Shown here: positions 59,869 through 64,000 of the stretch, piece by piece
Layout: every line of letters begins with the position of its first letter
How positions within the stretch are numbered: the first letter of the stretch is position 1
Source of the DNA: Oscillospiraceae bacterium
Lineage (GTDB): Bacteria; Bacillota; Clostridia; Oscillospirales; Oscillospiraceae
Direction: 5' to 3'
DNA length: 64,000 nt
Assembly: GCA_022800215.1 (NCBI GenBank)
Contig: JAAWPV010000001.1
Span: forward strand, 45,395 to 109,394
Translations under genes and position numbers: made by a program
The notes under the pieces: generated by a model
What the model was told of the DNA's origin: nothing
The model's input: the letters and a program-made list of their open reading frames with translations, nothing else
The model's database searches: none

Positions 59869-60715
59869 GCTGGAACGGCCCAGGACCAAGCTGGTCCCCG
59901 TCCCCACCACCAACATCATCCCCGAGCGGGACGCGGACAAGACCCCCATCTTAGAGTGCAGCCATCTGGGCATCGACTTCGGCGGCCTCACCGCCGTCAG
60001 CGACTTCAATATGGCCATCGGCCGCACCGAGATCACCGGCCTCATCGGCCCCAACGGCGCGGGCAAGACCACTGTGTTCAACCTCCTCACCAAGGTCTAC
60101 CAGCCCACCCGGGGGACCATCCTGCTGGACGGCATCGACACCCACTCCATGAACACCGTCCAGGTGAACCGGGCGGGCATCGCCCGCACCTTCCAGAACA
60201 TCCGCCTGTTCAGTAACTTGACGGTGGAGGACAACGTGAAGATCGGCCTTCACAACCAAATAGGGTACGGCATGTGGCAGGGCATTTTCCGCCTGCCCGG
60301 CTACTGGAAGGAGGAGAAGGTGGCCCACGAGCGGGTCATGGAGCTTCTCTCCATCTTCGATATGCAGGACCTGGCCGACCATCAGGCGGGCAGCCTGCCC
60401 TACGGCGCCCAGCGGCGGCTGGAGATCGTCCGGGCGTTGGCCACCAATCCCTCCCTGCTCCTTCTGGATGAGCCGGCGGCGGGCATGAACCCCTCCGAGA
60501 CCGCCGAGCTTATGGAGAACATCGTGAAGATCCGGGACACCTTCCAGATCGCCATTCTCCTCATCGAGCATGACATGAGCCTGGTCATGGGCATCTGCGA
60601 GGGCATCGCGGTGCTCAACTTCGGCCAGATCATCGCCAAAGGCACCCCGGACGAGATTCAGGCGAACCCCGCCGTCATCGAGGCCTATTTGGGCAAGCAG
60701 AAGGAGGGTGAGTGA
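59861..60715 (+). CDS. livG: BCAA ABC ATPase
   Basis: FGGLTAV, GPNGAGKTT, LPYGAQRRLEI, LDEPAAG. Confidence 0.93.
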   Translation: MSKLERPRTKLVPVPTTNIIPERDADKTPILECSHLGIDFGGLTAVSDFNMAIGRTEITGLIGPNGAGKTTVFNLLTKVYQPTRGTILLDGIDTHSMNTVQVNRAGIARTFQNIRLFSNLTVEDNVKIGLHNQIGYGMWQGIFRLPGYWKEEKVAHERVMELLSIFDMQDLADHQAGSLPYGAQRRLEIVRALATNPSLLLLDEPAAGMNPSETAELMENIVKIRDTFQIAILLIEHDMSLVMGICEGIAVLNFGQIIAKGTPDEIQANPAVIEAYLGKQKEGE

Positions 60716-61424
60716 CATGGCCATGCTGGAAGTCCACGACATCAATGTCTATTACGGCGCCATCCACGCCATCAAGGGGATCTCCTTCGAGGTGAACGAG
60801 GGGGAGATCGTCACGCTCATCGGCGCCAACGGCGCCGGCAAATCCACCACCCTGAAAACCATCTCGGGCCTTCTTCACTCCCGCACCGGCTCCATCACCT
60901 TCCAGGGGGAGAACATCGCCGGCACGGCCCCTCACAAGCTGGTGGGCAAGGGGCTGGCTCAGGTCCCCGAGGGCCGGGCTGTCTTCCTCCAGATGACGGT
61001 GGAGGAGAACCTGGAGATGGGGGCCTACACCCGGCCCAATGCCGAGGTGGACCCCGGGCTGGAGAAAGTCTACGACCAGTTCCCCCGGCTGAAGGAGCGG
61101 CGGAAGCAGATCGCCGGTACCCTCTCCGGCGGCGAGCAGCAGATGCTGGCCATGGGACGGGCGTTGATGTCCAGCCCCCGGCTCATGATGCTGGATGAGC
61201 CTTCCATGGGCCTTGCCCCCATTCTGGTGGACCAGATCTTCGATATCATCCGCTCCCTCCACAAAAACGGCACCACCATCCTTCTGGTGGAGCAGAACGC
61301 CCGGATGGCCCTCAGCGTGGCCGACCGGGGCTATGTGCTGGAGACGGGCAAGATCGTCACCAGCGGTTCGGGCAAAGAGCTTCTCAGCGACGAGAGCGTG
61401 AAAAAAGCCTACCTGGGTGGCTGA
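60708..61424 (+). CDS. livF: BCAA ABC ATPase
   Basis: GANGAGKST, LSGGEQQML, LDEPSMGLAP; start may be ATG 60717. Confidence 0.93.
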   Translation: MSDMAMLEVHDINVYYGAIHAIKGISFEVNEGEIVTLIGANGAGKSTTLKTISGLLHSRTGSITFQGENIAGTAPHKLVGKGLAQVPEGRAVFLQMTVEENLEMGAYTRPNAEVDPGLEKVYDQFPRLKERRKQIAGTLSGGEQQMLAMGRALMSSPRLMMLDEPSMGLAPILVDQIFDIIRSLHKNGTTILLVEQNARMALSVADRGYVLETGKIVTSGSGKELLSDESVKKAYLGG

Positions 61425-61612
61425 GACCGTTCCGAATCGGACCGAAAAAGAAGAAAAAGCATCCCTTGCGGCCTGCGCCGTGAGGGGTGCTTTTTGCAGG
61501 TCAGTACTCCCATTTCGCATCTTGCACGCCCACCCCTTGTCAAGAAGGAAAAGTTCCTGTATGCTATGGTTGCCATGGCAAAGAAGTCCGAACCAAAAGG
61601 AGTGTGAAGCCC

Positions 61613-62050
61613 ATGAAAGTGACTGTGGAGGAGCACCCGGAGCTGGAAGAGACCGAGGTGGTCGTCCGGTGCCGGCGGCTGGATCCCCAGATCTCCCGGC
61701 TTTTGGAGCTGCTGCGGCTCAGTGACGCCCGGCTGGTGGGGGAGAAGGAGGGCCAGACCTGCATTTTGGAGGAAGACCGGGTCCTCTATATCGACACGGT
61801 GGACCGGGGCACTTTTCTCTATACCGCCGACGGGGTCTATGAAAGCCGCCTGCGGCTTTATGAGCTGGAGGAGCAGCTGGCTCCCCGGGAGTTTCTCCGG
61901 GTGAGCAAATCGGCCATTGTAAATTTTGATCAAGTGAAGTCCCTTCGCCCCGATTTCGGGGGGCGGCTGCTGCTCACCATGTCCAACGGGGAGGTGGTGG
62001 TGGCAAACCGCCAGTATGTCCCCGCAATTAAAAAGAAACTGGGCCTTTGA
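61613..62050 (+). CDS. Stand-alone LytTR DNA-binding regulator
   Basis: RLYELEE.L…F.RVSKSAIVN, no receiver domain; RBS aaggag. Confidence 0.85.
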   Translation: MKVTVEEHPELEETEVVVRCRRLDPQISRLLELLRLSDARLVGEKEGQTCILEEDRVLYIDTVDRGTFLYTADGVYESRLRLYELEEQLAPREFLRVSKSAIVNFDQVKSLRPDFGGRLLLTMSNGEVVVANRQYVPAIKKKLGL

Positions 62051-62064
62051 AAGGAGTGCCGGAT

Positions 62065-62508
62065 ATGAAAAAATTTTTTCAGGTGGGAACCGCCCTCAAG
62101 GAGCGCACCGCCCTCATTTACACCGGAGCCATGTGCTTTTACCTGTTTTTCCAGTTCCTTTATAAGCAGGAGACCGCCCCCCTCTCCATCCTTCTTTCCC
62201 TGCTGCTGGTGAGTATGGCGGCGGCCGCCATGCAGATCGCCGCCTTCTCCAACCTTATCATCAAAAAGCTGTCCTACGGCTGGCGGTTGGTGGTTTTCGC
62301 TCTGCCCTTCGGGGCACTCCTCACCGGCTTTGCCGTCACCTTCCACTGGTTCCCCACGGAAAACCCGGGAGCCTGGATCACTTTCGGGGTCATTTTCCTC
62401 GTCATCTTTGCGTTCTGCACGGCGGGCTTTGAGCTTTACTTCCGCCTCTCCGGCCGGAAGTACGATGACAGGCTGGACTGGTACAGAAAGAACCGGGAGA
62501 AGGAGTAA
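62065..62508 (+). CDS. DUF3021-like membrane protein (LytTR regulatory system partner)
   Basis: Four TM segments with WF motif, directly after the LytTR gene; RBS aaggag. Confidence 0.65.
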   Translation: MKKFFQVGTALKERTALIYTGAMCFYLFFQFLYKQETAPLSILLSLLLVSMAAAAMQIAAFSNLIIKKLSYGWRLVVFALPFGALLTGFAVTFHWFPTENPGAWITFGVIFLVIFAFCTAGFELYFRLSGRKYDDRLDWYRKNREKE

Positions 62509-62516
62509 ACCCAATA

Positions 62517-62556
62517 AAAAAGAATTCCCTTCCCGAATGGGGAAGGGAATTCTTTT
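62517..62556. terminator. Bidirectional terminator
   Basis: aaaaagaattcccttccc-gaatg-gggaagggaattctttt. Confidence 0.85.
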
Positions 62557-62562
62557 CTTACA

Positions 62563-62790
62563 TCAGTCACGAAAATCAAACAATTCTTTGGGCTTGATTT
62601 GGAATACCTCGCACATTTTGAAAAGAACGTCAAAAGACACACCTACATTACCCAGCTCAATGGCGCTGATATGGCTTCTGTCTACATCTACCAGCTCCGC
62701 CAACTGCAACTGGGTCAATCTGTTCTTCTTTCTATAATAAACGACATTCAAGCCGAATTTCTCATATTGACTTTTATATTCCTGTTTCAA
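62563..62790 (-). CDS. XRE-family HTH regulator
   Basis: YRKKNRLTQLQLAE…DRSHISAIELG; TTG start with RBS ggtgagg. Confidence 0.8.
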   Translation of the reverse strand: MKQEYKSQYEKFGLNVVYYRKKNRLTQLQLAELVDVDRSHISAIELGNVGVSFDVLFKMCEVFQIKPKELFDFRD

Positions 62791-62896
62791 ATACCTCACC
62801 CCGACGCTTTTATTGTACCGGGTGTGCTGCAATTCATAAACCTTGTAAAAATAGCATAACGCTATTGACACAAGTCATTTAACCGAATAAAATATG

Positions 62897-63142
62897 TTAT
62901 AGCAAAATATTGTCATTCTTTTTCCGGAAAGCATAGGGTATCCGAACATCCGTTAAGCCGAAAATGTAATCGGTACTGGTGTGATAATATTGTGCCAGCT
63001 TGATTGCGGCCCAGGCGGGAATTTCATAGATCCCTTTCTCATAGCGCCTGTATACTTCCCTTTTACAGTCAAGAACTTCTGCAATCTCTTCCTGGGTTTT
63101 GTCCGCATCGCTCCTTAAATCTTCTAATCTCCGAAAATACAT
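62897..63142 (-). CDS. XRE-family HTH regulator
   Basis: RL.DLR.D.DKTQEEIA..L…Y.RYEKG…P…LA.YY.TSTDYI.GLTD. Confidence 0.85.
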   Translation of the reverse strand: MYFRRLEDLRSDADKTQEEIAEVLDCKREVYRRYEKGIYEIPAWAAIKLAQYYHTSTDYIFGLTDVRIPYAFRKKNDNILL

Positions 63143-63261
63143 AGCAGCATTCCTCCCATCCCTGCAATGCTACTATTTTGTGGCCTGCCCACGCCTGATT
63201 TGCTACAAAATTGTGGCAAATTAAACAAAATTATCTTTTGAATCAAGGAAGGAGAAAATCA

Positions 63262-63951
63262 ATGGACATTCAAAAAGACCTTGAAGAAATGGAAGCTCGA
63301 ATGTTTACAGATGAGCTCTTGGACAAAATCTTGAATGAGTATTGGCAGGAGATTGTCCCTCTCTTTGTTGTCCTGAACGGGGAGGAATATGAAGCAGAGG
63401 AGCGGGCATTTTCCGCCCGGCTGACCAAGAAACAGGCGGGTAAATTTGCCGAACTAAAGCAGTTTTATCGCTCTGCCGCCCAATTTGCTCTGGAGTTTGG
63501 ATTTCCTCGGGGCCTTTATGCCGGATTTCAAGATTTATTCTTAGAGAATCGTCCCGAGAAGTCCTTTAATGACCTGGTGGGAAAAGAACTCTTTACCATG
63601 CCCAACATGAAAAAATATCGATTTTTCATGTGGCGGAATAAGATCAATCGGGCCCAGGAAGCGTTAAAGAAGCAGGTAAAGGATAATGAACAGTCTTTCC
63701 TGGCGGCTATGGATGCAACCTGGAACGAAAGATTTGCCGGTGTTCTGCGTATTTCCTTTTACCTCGGTTATCGTTATGTTCACCATATCGTTGTGCCGAT
63801 GATTGCCCCCGTTCCCATGTGGGTCCGCATGGAGAATAGAATGCTGATCACAGAGCACGAATTGGGTTTGATCAAATCGTTATTGGAGCAGGAGTGCAGC
63901 CAGCAGGGCGGCCAGATTTCATTTCCCCCCGAGTGGATGCAGGAAGATTGA
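63262..63951 (+). CDS. Hypothetical alpha-helical protein
   Basis: RBS aaggag, about 229 aa, lower GC, two F..G(Y/F) helical motifs; family not recognised. Confidence 0.65.
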   Translation: MDIQKDLEEMEARMFTDELLDKILNEYWQEIVPLFVVLNGEEYEAEERAFSARLTKKQAGKFAELKQFYRSAAQFALEFGFPRGLYAGFQDLFLENRPEKSFNDLVGKELFTMPNMKKYRFFMWRNKINRAQEALKKQVKDNEQSFLAAMDATWNERFAGVLRISFYLGYRYVHHIVVPMIAPVPMWVRMENRMLITEHELGLIKSLLEQECSQQGGQISFPPEWMQED

Positions 63952-64000
63952 AAATACTTGGGTAATTTTTTGTAAGGAAGTCTGGCACCCGCTGAAAAGA

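Overview
High-GC Bacillota chromosome segment, probably Oscillospiraceae-like Clostridia (inferred from gene content, SLH proteins and sporulation-type genes). It is mostly housekeeping: pnp, dnaD/dnaC-like, zapA, U32, dut, maf, mreC/mreD/PBP2, mnmG, mnmA, oadA/G/BCCP/oadB-pckA, prfC, sufCB-like, liv operon and three tRNAs. No CRISPR, rRNA, transposase or integrase was found. Best candidates for new biology: (1) a low-GC Nmad2-Nmad3 two-gene cassette between the tRNA U34 modification genes mnmG and mnmA; (2) 11 copies of an 11-bp motif matching the XerD arm of the Bacillota dif site (TTATGT[A/C]AAC[T/C]), inside CDSs and at gene edges, densest around that cassette; (3) an integrase-less 3-kb MerR + flavin-reductase island flanked by a duplicated prfC 3' end; (4) a dispersed structured ~110-160 bp repeat family directly downstream of genes; (5) a 36-bp oriented motif in four convergent intergenic regions. 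All calls are by eye; no searches were run.
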